From a virus, in IMG/VR virus record IMGVR_UViG_3300046529_000477, positions 5,225 to 69,224 of that record: a stretch of DNA of 64,000 nucleotides. The stretch is one strand, 5' to 3'. Positions 16,179-26,381 of this stretch are shown here, in pieces (the stretch's first letter is position 1; every line of letters begins with the position of its first letter). A program made the translations under genes and the position numbers. Below the pieces are notes generated by a model. The model was not told the DNA's origin, made no database searches, and saw only the letters and a program-made list of their open reading frames with translations.

Positions 16179-19100
16179 ATGCAGAACGATAAAAAGTTAT
16201 TTTCTAAATTAAACACAGACGATGAAGAACGTTTTCTTCAAAGTACAGATTATATAAATCTTGAAAATTGTATTATTGCCCAAAATGAGTTTAGTAAAAA
16301 CTTTGCCGTTCAAAATGTTCCTTCAACAGAACTTCTATTTTATTATACAAGTGGCTTAAATACCTTAGGAACAGTTTCGGATTACCAAAACAAAAGACTT
16401 TTTTGGTTAGATCATAATGAAGATACAGGATTAGATACCTTATTTGCTTATGACTTAAACTTGAAGATAACATATAGGGTTATTGTAAGTACTCAAATTG
16501 ATGGTGGCTTAAATTTAAGCAACGATTTTCGTATAGATAGGAATTTTAATATTGTAGATGGTCTTGCTGTTTGGACAGACGATTTGAACGAGCCAAAAAG
16601 TATAGATGTTGAAGCCGGAATAAAGTTAAATCAACCTTCTTATGTTACCAATGTGCAGCCTTATGGTACACCAATACCTTATGAAACTTCAACATTAATA
16701 AAAAGACCTCCTATTTATCCGTTGCAAATGACGAAACTTTTCGATGGAAGTTTTCTCAACAATTATATAAAAAACAATGCTTATCAAGGAACAGTTTTTT
16801 ATACTTATAAAAATTATCAACAATCAGTATTAGCCCCTTATTCAGCATTAGCCCCTTACAATTCAGCATCAGAAGATAGCAATTATATTTTATTTCAATT
16901 ACCATTTTCTGAAACGATACCCGACTATGTTCAATCAGTTTCTTTTTGTGTTAAATATGGAAATGATGGAATTACATTCATAGTAAAAACATTCGATAAA
17001 AATAATCCCTATGATGCAATGGCTATTGCGTCACATAATAGCAAATCAGTTCAACTAAGTTTTTCTTTTTTTGATAACACAATAGGGATTGCATTAGATG
17101 AAATTACTGCTAATACTTCATTTGATTCAGTTGCTTTATTGGCTAAAACATTAGAGGCAGCAAAGAACAGAATATTTTTGGGCAATGTATTGAAAGGCTA
17201 TAATACTCCTTCAACAACAAGTTTAACGGCAGCAGTAGTAAATGTAGATACGGGCGGTGGTGGTGCTACCTATTCGGGAACATGGGGGTATGTTACACTT
17301 CATGCAAATCTTGTTGGTGGTTGTCAAGATACATATATGTACCCGTTTGTTTATATTTCAAGTGGCGCACCACAAGTATTTTATTATTTTCCAAGTGTGA
17401 GAAATTCAACTATATGGAATGGTGGCGTTGGAACTGTTCCAAGTAATGTTAATTATTTTGATGCCACTTTTGGGGGTGCAAGCGAAGCAAGTTTAATAAC
17501 ATACCTGAAAGCAACGCAATATCCATATTCCCCAAGTTGTGCAGTTGGTTCACCTACATGGCAAGTACCTTATCAAATATCTGCTTATAATGCTTTAGGG
17601 GCTGTAACGGTAACAGCATTTGAACCGGCTAACGTAATAAGATTTTTCAAGTCCTCGAGTGACTATGAAATAGACATTGAATTTAAAGATAGATTCAATA
17701 GAAAATGTGGTGTTGTGAATAAAGCTATTACGGTAACCACACCGCCAAGAACATTTACCCAAGTTTCATTCACTGCAAGTATTCAATGGACATTAAGCAA
17801 TGCAGATGCAATAGATGAAATACCCGATTGGGCTTATTATTATCAGATAGTAATTAAAAAAAATCAAACCACAAGATTCTTTGAACAGATAAGAGCAACA
17901 GGAGTTCAATATGTAACCAAAAACCAAGATGGCACATTTACTTATGGTAATACATGGACATTCGGAACTACTTATGCGATTGGAATAGACCTTTCAGCAC
18001 TTACCAATTACGGATTAGGATATACATTTAATCAAGGCGATTTTGCCCATTTGATACTTTCAGATGATACATTTCTCACATTAGCTGTATTGGGGCAAGA
18101 TGGTAACTTTGTATGGCTTTCACCTACTGATGTGGGTACAGGTTCAACAACTACTATTGTATTTTTGGAATTATACACACCTTACAAGCCAACGGCAACA
18201 GAACCATATTTTGAAGTTCCAAATGTGTACAATATTTCAAATCCTGGAACAATAAACAGAGCATATAGCACCTTAACAGATACCATAAGCGGCGACACAT
18301 ACGCAATAGAAAGGACAGATAGTTCTACCGCAAATTATATAGTTGAAGCAATGTCTCCCAACGATAATGTTTGGCAGATATGGCAGACAGATACGGGTTT
18401 CCCAAACTTCATTGATACAATAGGACAGCAACAAAAATCAACTGCAATAGATTGGAGTGATACATTCATCACAGGCGCAAAAGTAAATGGGCTAAATAAA
18501 TTTCAGCCATTAAATACAAAAGATGTTGGAGCAAGTTCCGGCAGCATACAAAAATTACAGCTTACAAATAAAATGGAAGAAAGTGGTACTGTAATGCTTG
18601 TTATAACTGATACAGATACACTATCCGCTTACTTAGGCGAACTTCAACTATACAATGCAGCAAGTGTTGAAGGGTTAATAACCACAGTTGATGTAATAGG
18701 TTCTATTAATTCATTGCAGAATGGGCAAGGTACAATCAATCCCGAATCAGTAGTAGAATACAATGGTACTGTATGGTGGATTAATGTTTTAAAAGGTGTT
18801 GTTGCCCAATACTCAACCAATGGAGTAGATAATGTTAGTGATACCAAGATGCGTAGGTTCTTTGATAGGTTTAGTAAAAGATATGTTGAATTAGGCAAAG
18901 CGGGAGTGAAAGCATTATGTGGCTTTTCTCACATTGCAGGTTGTGTAGATATAACCAATGGATTTTACAGTTTGGTATTACCACAGACAGAAGTTAACGC
19001 TGTTGTGAGTGGTATTCCTGTTGGATTTGCATCTGCATTACCAAGTTATGATAGCTTACCCGATTATGCGAGTTCGATACAGAACAGATTTGATATTTAT

Positions 19101-19667
19101 GATGGGCAACCTAAAATAATGAACTATAACTTCAATTCAAATATTTGGGTTGGGGCTTATCAATGGTTGCCTGAATGTATGGAGTATTTTGGTAATAAAT
19201 TGTTTGGGTTTAAAGATGGCTTTCTGTATTTGCACAATGAAGATACAAGTAGTTATAATAATATTTATGGAGTGCAGTATCCGCAAAGAATATGTTTTAC
19301 TTGCAACATTCCGCCAAGTGAAGTAAAGTCAATTTTCAATATTGCTTTGGAAGGGAAACAAATTCCTAACTTTACTGTACTATATACTAACTATCCAAAT
19401 GTTCAAATTTCTGATTTGACAGTGGATGATTATAGCAACCAAGAAGGAGTTCAATATGCACAATTCTTTAGAGATAGGTTAAGTCCTTCAGTTGATGGAA
19501 CAGTCATTGATAAATTATATCAAGGAGATGTAATAATTGGTGCAGTAGGGTTTGTAATGTTAGAATTTAGTGTATATGACGAACAATTAATTTTAAATAT
19601 GTCTAATATAGGATTTGAGTTATCAAGAGGTCAAGGTAACATAATGATTAAACCACAAACAAAATAA
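16179..19667 (+). CDS. Tail muzzle/stabilization protein (P22 gp10-like position)
   Basis: LNTDDEERF....YINLEN start, NRIFLGN, GSIQKL, FKDGFLYLHN; 1162 aa. Confidence 0.7.
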   Translation: MQNDKKLFSKLNTDDEERFLQSTDYINLENCIIAQNEFSKNFAVQNVPSTELLFYYTSGLNTLGTVSDYQNKRLFWLDHNEDTGLDTLFAYDLNLKITYRVIVSTQIDGGLNLSNDFRIDRNFNIVDGLAVWTDDLNEPKSIDVEAGIKLNQPSYVTNVQPYGTPIPYETSTLIKRPPIYPLQMTKLFDGSFLNNYIKNNAYQGTVFYTYKNYQQSVLAPYSALAPYNSASEDSNYILFQLPFSETIPDYVQSVSFCVKYGNDGITFIVKTFDKNNPYDAMAIASHNSKSVQLSFSFFDNTIGIALDEITANTSFDSVALLAKTLEAAKNRIFLGNVLKGYNTPSTTSLTAAVVNVDTGGGGATYSGTWGYVTLHANLVGGCQDTYMYPFVYISSGAPQVFYYFPSVRNSTIWNGGVGTVPSNVNYFDATFGGASEASLITYLKATQYPYSPSCAVGSPTWQVPYQISAYNALGAVTVTAFEPANVIRFFKSSSDYEIDIEFKDRFNRKCGVVNKAITVTTPPRTFTQVSFTASIQWTLSNADAIDEIPDWAYYYQIVIKKNQTTRFFEQIRATGVQYVTKNQDGTFTYGNTWTFGTTYAIGIDLSALTNYGLGYTFNQGDFAHLILSDDTFLTLAVLGQDGNFVWLSPTDVGTGSTTTIVFLELYTPYKPTATEPYFEVPNVYNISNPGTINRAYSTLTDTISGDTYAIERTDSSTANYIVEAMSPNDNVWQIWQTDTGFPNFIDTIGQQQKSTAIDWSDTFITGAKVNGLNKFQPLNTKDVGASSGSIQKLQLTNKMEESGTVMLVITDTDTLSAYLGELQLYNAASVEGLITTVDVIGSINSLQNGQGTINPESVVEYNGTVWWINVLKGVVAQYSTNGVDNVSDTKMRRFFDRFSKRYVELGKAGVKALCGFSHIAGCVDITNGFYSLVLPQTEVNAVVSGIPVGFASALPSYDSLPDYASSIQNRFDIYDGQPKIMNYNFNSNIWVGAYQWLPECMEYFGNKLFGFKDGFLYLHNEDTSSYNNIYGVQYPQRICFTCNIPPSEVKSIFNIALEGKQIPNFTVLYTNYPNVQISDLTVDDYSNQEGVQYAQFFRDRLSPSVDGTVIDKLYQGDVIIGAVGFVMLEFSVYDEQLILNMSNIGFELSRGQGNIMIKPQTK

Positions 19668-19678
19668 AACTTAATTAT

Positions 19679-20071
19679 ATGCCACAACCAACAAGCGGGA
19701 AAGTAAAATATGACCCAAATGATTATGCTCCATTTGGTCAACATGCTGACTATGCCGCCCAACAAGGATGGGAAAAAACTGATTCCAATGGCGGTGCAGT
19801 AACATACAGAAACAAATACCATGATGCTTTTAATAATGTCATGGTGAATGGCAAACCACAAGGCAGTATTGAATTGGTGGGTAATAGAAATGGCTTATTT
19901 GATGTACAACTAAATCAAGGCAATGGCAAAGTACAAAAGATAATGACAGGACAACCATTTAATCAAGTAGATAACTATTTCAGGAATCAAAAAAGTGTTA
20001 TTCAACAAAGAATGAATAGGGTGCAGAATGACCCAAATACGCAAGTAAATGGCATAGCATGGAATCAATAG
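19679..20071 (+). CDS. Hypothetical protein
   Basis: Operon-packed, Q/N-rich. Confidence 0.55.
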   Translation: MPQPTSGKVKYDPNDYAPFGQHADYAAQQGWEKTDSNGGAVTYRNKYHDAFNNVMVNGKPQGSIELVGNRNGLFDVQLNQGNGKVQKIMTGQPFNQVDNYFRNQKSVIQQRMNRVQNDPNTQVNGIAWNQ

Positions 20072-20490
20072 TGAGAGTAAATGATGAAATCATGGATAAG
20101 ATTGAAGCTGCTATGCAAGTGGCTGATAATCCTATTGAATGTTCTGTTATACATAGGTTCACAGATAAGATGTATATAAGGGAAATATTTATGCCACAAG
20201 GAACATTATTGACAAGTAGAACACACAGATTTGAAAGTCCTTTTGTTATATCACAAGGCACAGTGGCAGTTAATATTGATGGGCAAGGTTGGGTAATTTA
20301 TAAAGCACCTTATACAGGAATTACTAAAGCAGGAACAAGGAGATTATTATACATTATTGAAGATTGTATTTGGACTACATTTCATGTGAATGAAGATAAC
20401 GAAAGAGAAATAAAAACATTAGAGAATAGATATACATTTATGGACAATCCATTACTAACAAATAAAAACGAATTATTATGTCCTTCTTAG
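20059..20490 (+). CDS. Cupin-fold protein
   Basis: HRF...MYIREIFMP.GTLLTSR.H...G.RR.LYIIEDCIWTTFH. Confidence 0.7.
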   Translation: MESIVRVNDEIMDKIEAAMQVADNPIECSVIHRFTDKMYIREIFMPQGTLLTSRTHRFESPFVISQGTVAVNIDGQGWVIYKAPYTGITKAGTRRLLYIIEDCIWTTFHVNEDNEREIKTLENRYTFMDNPLLTNKNELLCPS

Positions 20491-21071
20491 GAGTGAGTTT
20501 AGGCATTGGTGCAATAGGCGCAGGGGCGAAGATATTTACAGGGTTGCATCAAAATCAATTGGCAAATCAAATAAATCCAATATTTCAACAATACCAAACA
20601 AGTCCATTTGCCAAACAGCAATTAGGTATAGCAAATCAATTATTTAATGGTAGGATGGCAGGGGCAGCAAGTGAAGAACAAAACATAGCAGGAAGCCAAG
20701 CACAATATCTAAACAATGTAAATAGAAATGCAACAGATAGTGGGCAAGCATTGGCATTAGGCGGATTGTCGCAAGGGCAATCTAACCAAGCATACAATCA
20801 ATTAGGAATAAGAGAAGCGCAAAATAAATATGGGTTATTAGATAATCTAAATGCAGCTTATCAATCAATGATTGGAGAAGGAAATAAAGTATATCAAAGT
20901 GGATTTGATAAATATCTTTCTGATGTTGAATCTAAATCAGCATTAAGAAATGCAGGAGCGCAAAATACATTTTCAGGATTAAACGATTTGGGAAGCAGTG
21001 CATTTTTAGCAAATCAAGGTGGCTTATTTGGTGTAACACCTTCACCTACAATAAAGAAAACAGGACAATAA
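20478..21071 (+). CDS. Putative small ejection (cargo) protein
   Basis: Gly/Ala hydrophobic N-terminus followed by Q/A/N-rich helix; position after muzzle. Confidence 0.6.
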   Translation: MSFLGVSLGIGAIGAGAKIFTGLHQNQLANQINPIFQQYQTSPFAKQQLGIANQLFNGRMAGAASEEQNIAGSQAQYLNNVNRNATDSGQALALGGLSQGQSNQAYNQLGIREAQNKYGLLDNLNAAYQSMIGEGNKVYQSGFDKYLSDVESKSALRNAGAQNTFSGLNDLGSSAFLANQGGLFGVTPSPTIKKTGQ

Positions 21072-21072
21072 A

Positions 21073-22506
21073 ATGCCAAGTGGTTACGAAAATCAAGACC
21101 AAGCATATATTTTACCAAGTTATGGTTTAAACGATGCGCAAAAATTAGGTGCAATTCAAAACACCAATCAGCTTAATGAGCAAAAGCAGCAACGCCTATA
21201 TGAGCAGAAACAAAGAGAAGAAGGTAAAAATCTCAATACCATTTCAGATGAACTAAACTTTGATAAGTACAAAACAGGCGAACAAGCGATAGATAACTAT
21301 GCACAAGGGCAACTGCAACAAATATATAGTGAAGCATTGAAAAACCATGTTAGTGACGACCCTATTGTTTTAGAAGGATGGCTGCAAAATCAAGTGCAGC
21401 CATTGGCTAAATGGCATACCATGACACAAAATGCTTATCAAACAGTAGATAAACAACTTCAGGATTATAATAAAACATACCCAAATATTGACTATAATAA
21501 AGCAAGGGGGATGATTTTAAATCAATTTGAGAATGATTATCTTAATCCAGATGGCACAAGAAAAAATACAGACCAAATTCAACCTTCTGATTACAATGGA
21601 ATAATGCAATCGCCTCAATTTTTGGGACAGGTAAATAACGACCAATCAGCATTTTCAAAGTTCTTTACTGATATTCCAAGAACAGCAATAGGAGATAAAC
21701 AATATGTGAATAATAAAGGTCATGTTAAAGCATTTGCATGGAGCGGATTAATGCCGGAAGGTGTTGGTGAAATAGGAACTAATGCAGATAACCAACCAAC
21801 AGACATAAGACTAAGAAGTGAGATAGTTCCTTCTATTGCAGATGAAAAAGGTCAACCAATGAAAATGTTACCCAATGATATAGAATCAAGAATAATGGCT
21901 AATCCACAGGCCAAAGCAGCAGCATTAGGAATGTGGGAACAAGCTAAACCTGCAATAGAACAAGCATATATGCAAAAGACAGGGCAAAAAGGATTAAACC
22001 CTGCAGATGAAAATATGCTTAAAAGTTCCTTTTTATATAATCGTGCAAATCAAATTATAGCACATCCATTAAAGACAGAAGAAATACAGAAAGAACCTAA
22101 AATAACTATCAATACAGGTAATGCAGCAGATACAGATGTAAATAATGTTTATAAAAAAGTAGCAACTAATCTTTTATCTGCTAAACAACAAGGTTCACCA
22201 TTACAACCATTAACTAATATGGATTCTGATGCAAGGGAGTTAATCATGAAATCAATTAATGCAGGGAGGGCGCAAAAAGATCAAATACCAATAGATAATA
22301 TACAAGTATTAATTGCAGATAATGGAGATATAAGAGCAATTAATACACAAGTTGGTGAAACTGGAGGTGGCGATGTTGTCGGAGTATTTACGCCACATGG
22401 ATTAAATACAAAAGCGAATCCCACACAAAAGCCGTTACAAAAAGAATTACATAGTCCAACTCAACCAATAACTTCAACAGGAAAGAAACAAATACAAGGA
22501 TTTTGA
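21073..22506 (+). CDS. Putative ejection (cargo) protein
   Basis: Q/N-rich helical protein in the cargo position. Confidence 0.55.
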   Translation: MPSGYENQDQAYILPSYGLNDAQKLGAIQNTNQLNEQKQQRLYEQKQREEGKNLNTISDELNFDKYKTGEQAIDNYAQGQLQQIYSEALKNHVSDDPIVLEGWLQNQVQPLAKWHTMTQNAYQTVDKQLQDYNKTYPNIDYNKARGMILNQFENDYLNPDGTRKNTDQIQPSDYNGIMQSPQFLGQVNNDQSAFSKFFTDIPRTAIGDKQYVNNKGHVKAFAWSGLMPEGVGEIGTNADNQPTDIRLRSEIVPSIADEKGQPMKMLPNDIESRIMANPQAKAAALGMWEQAKPAIEQAYMQKTGQKGLNPADENMLKSSFLYNRANQIIAHPLKTEEIQKEPKITINTGNAADTDVNNVYKKVATNLLSAKQQGSPLQPLTNMDSDARELIMKSINAGRAQKDQIPIDNIQVLIADNGDIRAINTQVGETGGGDVVGVFTPHGLNTKANPTQKPLQKELHSPTQPITSTGKKQIQGF

Positions 22507-22507
22507 T

Positions 22508-24859
22508 ATGCCTAATGGTGATAAAATAAAAGCATTATATAACGCTGTTTCTAATGATTATAACGTAGGAACATTAGATGAATTTACTCAAAAGCTACAA
22601 GACCCAAATAAAAGACAAGCATTATATAATACAGTAGGCAAAGAATATGATTTAGGAGATTATAATTCTTTTAATCAAAAGTTAGGATTTGATAGTCAAG
22701 AAGTGCAACAACAAGCACAGCAGCAAAATCAAATCCCAATGGCTAATAGCCAAGACTTACAGAAAACATTACAAGGTTATACAGCAACACATCCAATTAG
22801 TAAAAATGCTTCATTAGGCTATGATGTTGGAATTGCCCCAAAAGGAGCAAATGGAAGTCAATTAATAACCAATCAAGAAAATGCAAATGAAGAACAATTA
22901 AATAAAGCAGCCGCAAACACATTTAATAAAACAATAGGACAAGGAGCGTACACCCAAGCCGATAGCACTAAGTTTACCAATCAATTAAAGCAGGGTGTTA
23001 AAAATGGCGACTTAGCAATTAAAAAAGATGCACAAGGAAATGATGTAATAAAAAATGCAGGTAATTTCTTTCAATCATTTAAAGCAGCAGCAGACCAAGC
23101 CCATGCACAAGACATAGAGAATAAATATTTACAAAGTGTTCCAAAAAATGAAGCAATATCATATCTAAATAGAATAGCACAACATCCCCAAACAGGGATA
23201 GTAAAAGAATCAGATATTGCGCCAAGTGGATTAGGCGAAGCAATAGGACAACAATCTCAAATATTAGGCAAAGCTACTATTGGCAGTTTAGCAGGGGCAG
23301 AAACAGGATTAACAGGGGGTGCAAGTGCAGGTTCATTTGCAGCTATCGCAAATGATTTGGCTACTTCTGGTTTTTCTGGAGCATTAAAAAAGACTTATTA
23401 TGAATTAAAAAAAGAAGGTCTTAGCGATAGCGATGCTTACGATAAAGCTACTCATGCAGCATTAACAGGGGAAGCAGTAAGTTTAGGACAAGGAGCATTA
23501 CTTTCAGGTGAAATACCTTTAACCCCAAAAGCAGCAGAAGGTGGTTTATTGAATGGTATAAAACCAAATATTGAAGCACAACAAGGATTTATAAATTCAT
23601 TAAAACATACTGCCACATCAGCCCCTAAAGTAGTAGGTTCAGCAATGGCAGGTTCGGTTATAAATGATATTCAAGAAAATGCTATTGCAAATGGCAATCC
23701 TATTGATGCAAAACAAATGTTTAAAAATTCAATAGATGCAGGTGAATCAATGGCTACAATTCATGGAGCATTAGGATTGTTAACAGCAGTTGCAAATGGA
23801 CAAAAAACAATAGCACCAAGTTATGTAAGACCACAAGCTGAAAATGTTGCATCAAGTTTACCAAGAGCCGATGTTGCTGAATATCTTAATACAAAAGAAC
23901 AAAACGGCGACTTACCGCAAGGAACTACACAAAAAGTGTTAAACACATTATCGGCATTTGATAAACAGAAGGCTATTGTTGCACCCTTTGCAATATCAGA
24001 AGAAAATAAAGCAGCTATTGCGGGTAAATTAGTTCAGAAACAAAAGTTATTGGATGAATTACAAACATTAAAACCAAACGAAAATGCCTTCCCTGAAAGA
24101 ATTGCAGAAATCAATAAAAACATTACAGGAATTGATGGAGAAATCAATAAACTCTATAATGCAAAAAATGTTTTTGAGAAAGAAACTGACACGAATACAG
24201 GCGAGAGCAATTATCAACCAAAGACGTTTGAAGAACTTAAACCGCAAGAAAAAAATGGCATAGAAGTACCAAAAGAATATGGTGATACAGAAGTTAAACA
24301 AAGTGACGAAGGTGATAATAAAACATTCACCCCAAAAGCATACTATACAGAACAACAGGGAAGCCTTACAATCAAAAAAAATATTCCAATTGAGGGAACA
24401 TTCACCGAAAAAGACAAAGCCCAACAAGCAGCAGATAACGCATTAAAGCAACACTATTATGAAAACGGATTACATGACAATGCCAAACCCGATAAAAAAA
24501 TCGAAACCGAAACGCAAACAGAAAAGCCTATCCAAGAAGGAAATGTCGGAGGCAATGCAAATAATGAACCTATCACCACAGAAGAAACGCAGCCTAAACC
24601 AACAAATGTTGCTGAAACTGCACAAGAACCAACAGCAGAAAAAACAGCACCAATAGAAGAACAGCAAACTACTAAAATAAATGATTTACAGGAACAGAAG
24701 TATAGTAAAATGAAAGATGATATTAAAGATGAAACAAAACTTAATCTTATCCCCGCAAAAGAATTAGTGAAAGCAAAAGAACCTATTGAAGCAAAGAAAA
24801 CACATGATGATATTAAAGACAGATATAAGACATTGAAAAAATTAATTGATTGTATATAG
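22508..24859 (+). CDS. Putative large ejection (cargo) protein A
   Basis: Duplicated N-terminal ALYN.V...Y..G....F.QKL motif, Gly/Ala amphipathic segments, disordered C-terminal part. Confidence 0.6.
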   Translation: MPNGDKIKALYNAVSNDYNVGTLDEFTQKLQDPNKRQALYNTVGKEYDLGDYNSFNQKLGFDSQEVQQQAQQQNQIPMANSQDLQKTLQGYTATHPISKNASLGYDVGIAPKGANGSQLITNQENANEEQLNKAAANTFNKTIGQGAYTQADSTKFTNQLKQGVKNGDLAIKKDAQGNDVIKNAGNFFQSFKAAADQAHAQDIENKYLQSVPKNEAISYLNRIAQHPQTGIVKESDIAPSGLGEAIGQQSQILGKATIGSLAGAETGLTGGASAGSFAAIANDLATSGFSGALKKTYYELKKEGLSDSDAYDKATHAALTGEAVSLGQGALLSGEIPLTPKAAEGGLLNGIKPNIEAQQGFINSLKHTATSAPKVVGSAMAGSVINDIQENAIANGNPIDAKQMFKNSIDAGESMATIHGALGLLTAVANGQKTIAPSYVRPQAENVASSLPRADVAEYLNTKEQNGDLPQGTTQKVLNTLSAFDKQKAIVAPFAISEENKAAIAGKLVQKQKLLDELQTLKPNENAFPERIAEINKNITGIDGEINKLYNAKNVFEKETDTNTGESNYQPKTFEELKPQEKNGIEVPKEYGDTEVKQSDEGDNKTFTPKAYYTEQQGSLTIKKNIPIEGTFTEKDKAQQAADNALKQHYYENGLHDNAKPDKKIETETQTEKPIQEGNVGGNANNEPITTEETQPKPTNVAETAQEPTAEKTAPIEEQQTTKINDLQEQKYSKMKDDIKDETKLNLIPAKELVKAKEPIEAKKTHDDIKDRYKTLKKLIDCI
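24459..24656 (+). CDS. Candidate overprinted (+1 frame) basic protein
   Basis: MKTDYMTMPNPIKKSKPKRKQKSLSKKEMSEAMQIM...; nested in the disordered region of 22508..24859. Confidence 0.45.
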   Translation: MKTDYMTMPNPIKKSKPKRKQKSLSKKEMSEAMQIMNLSPQKKRSLNQQMLLKLHKNQQQKKQHQ

Positions 24860-25273
24860 ATGAATAATTTTATTGACGATACCGATTTAGATAATGATAG
24901 TGATTTTAAAGAATTGTTATTAGATAAAAGACTTACTGATATTTTAAAAGCATTAAGTAAGTTATCTGAAAATTCAAAATTAGATATACAATCTTTTTTA
25001 AATTCTAATAGGATATTAATTGATGCTTTTCTATCCAAATTAAAAGACATACAACAGCAAGAATTACCAAGTCCAAATGTAAACGTAGAAGTAAATCAAT
25101 CAAAAGTTATAGCATCAATAGAAAAATCAAGCAATGACATTACAGATAGTTTAAAATCATTAGAACAGACAATAGCGAAGATGAATGAATGTAAACCTAC
25201 AAATTGGGAGTTTAAGATAACAGAAAGAAATACAAGTGGATTTGCCCAAAAAATAATAGCAACATCAAAATAA
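24860..25273 (+). CDS. Hypothetical protein (first gene of inserted cassette)
   Basis: Abuts the cargo A stop codon. Confidence 0.6.
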   Translation: MNNFIDDTDLDNDSDFKELLLDKRLTDILKALSKLSENSKLDIQSFLNSNRILIDAFLSKLKDIQQQELPSPNVNVEVNQSKVIASIEKSSNDITDSLKSLEQTIAKMNECKPTNWEFKITERNTSGFAQKIIATSK

Positions 25274-25274
25274 T

Positions 25275-25682
25275 ATGGCAACGTATAATAAGTTTTTCAG
25301 TTTCGTAGCAAACCAAGCAAATGCAGTTTATAACTTTAGAACAGATCAATTAAAAATTGCATTAAGTAATTCCGCACCCGTAGCAACAAATGCCGTATTA
25401 GCTGATATAACTGAAATAGCTTACACTAACTTATCGAGTAGGAATATAACTACAAGTTCATCTTCTCAAACAAGTGGAACATATAAATTAGTATGTGCTG
25501 ATTTAACATTAACTGCAAGTGGAAGTGTGGCAGCATTTAGATACATAGTATTGTATGATGATACAGCAACTAATAAAGAACTTATATCATGGTATGATTA
25601 CGGTTCGTCTTTATCATTAAACAACGGAGATACTTTATTAATAGATTTTTCACAAACAAATGGAGTTTTACAAATAACATAA
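25275..25682 (+). CDS. Putative fibre/tail-associated structural protein
   Basis: LKIALSN.AP...ITEI...FRYIVLYDDT....LI.WYDYGS, beta-rich. Confidence 0.6.
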   Translation: MATYNKFFSFVANQANAVYNFRTDQLKIALSNSAPVATNAVLADITEIAYTNLSSRNITTSSSSQTSGTYKLVCADLTLTASGSVAAFRYIVLYDDTATNKELISWYDYGSSLSLNNGDTLLIDFSQTNGVLQIT

Positions 25683-25683
25683 T

Positions 25684-26196
25684 ATGCCTATTCTAACATT
25701 TTATAATGGTGCAATGCAAACAACGGCTGCTCCAGTCAAAGTAGCCACAGGTACATCAATTAAAACAATGTTACAAGTGAAGCCATCAGCAACACTTATA
25801 GCTAAAGTTATTGAATGGGGTGTTTCTTTTGATGGTAGCGCAGCAGCAACATCAGGAGTAGTAGAATTGATTGAAACGGATGTAGCAGCAACAGTAACCG
25901 CTTATGTAGCTAATGATATTACTAAAGTAGATGCAGATGCCTTAATGTGCGGTGACGTAACAACAAATTTAATTCAGGTAGGCACATCAGCAAGTGGATA
26001 TACTTCAAGCAATGAAGGTACGCCGGCAGCAGTAAGAAATTTAGATGCACCACAACTTATTGCCCCAACAAGTCAATTTATAAAACAATTTGCATTGGGT
26101 AATTATCCTGTTATTCAAGTAAATAAATTTCTAAGAATAAGGGTAACATTTGGAGCAACAGTTAACTGTTTTTGTTATGTAGTTTTAAGTTTATGA
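25684..26196 (+). CDS. Putative beta-sandwich structural protein
   Basis: TGTSIKTMLQV...EWGVSFDG...LRIRVT. Confidence 0.55.
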   Translation: MPILTFYNGAMQTTAAPVKVATGTSIKTMLQVKPSATLIAKVIEWGVSFDGSAAATSGVVELIETDVAATVTAYVANDITKVDADALMCGDVTTNLIQVGTSASGYTSSNEGTPAAVRNLDAPQLIAPTSQFIKQFALGNYPVIQVNKFLRIRVTFGATVNCFCYVVLSL

Positions 26197-26381
26197 TACC
26201 ATTAATATTATATTGCCCTAAATGTCATAAACGCATTAATATACCAAAGTTCATAAATAATTTAAATGTATTAACTGATATAAATATTGAATGTGCTGAT
26301 AAAAAATGTGGTGGTAAAATAAAAATTAAGAATAAAAATAATGGCAACGTTCTTTTGGATTCATGCGGCAGCAAACAGTAA
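26193..26381 (+). CDS. Small zinc-ribbon protein
   Basis: CPKC...CADKKC; ATGA overlap with the upstream stop. Confidence 0.45.
   Translation: MIPLILYCPKCHKRINIPKFINNLNVLTDINIECADKKCGGKIKIKNKNNGNVLLDSCGSKQ

Noticed and set aside
24068-25281. Long minus-strand ORFs opposite cargo genes (also many others opposite late genes)
   Set aside because: Phe/Ser/Leu-rich antisense shadows of A-rich coding sequence
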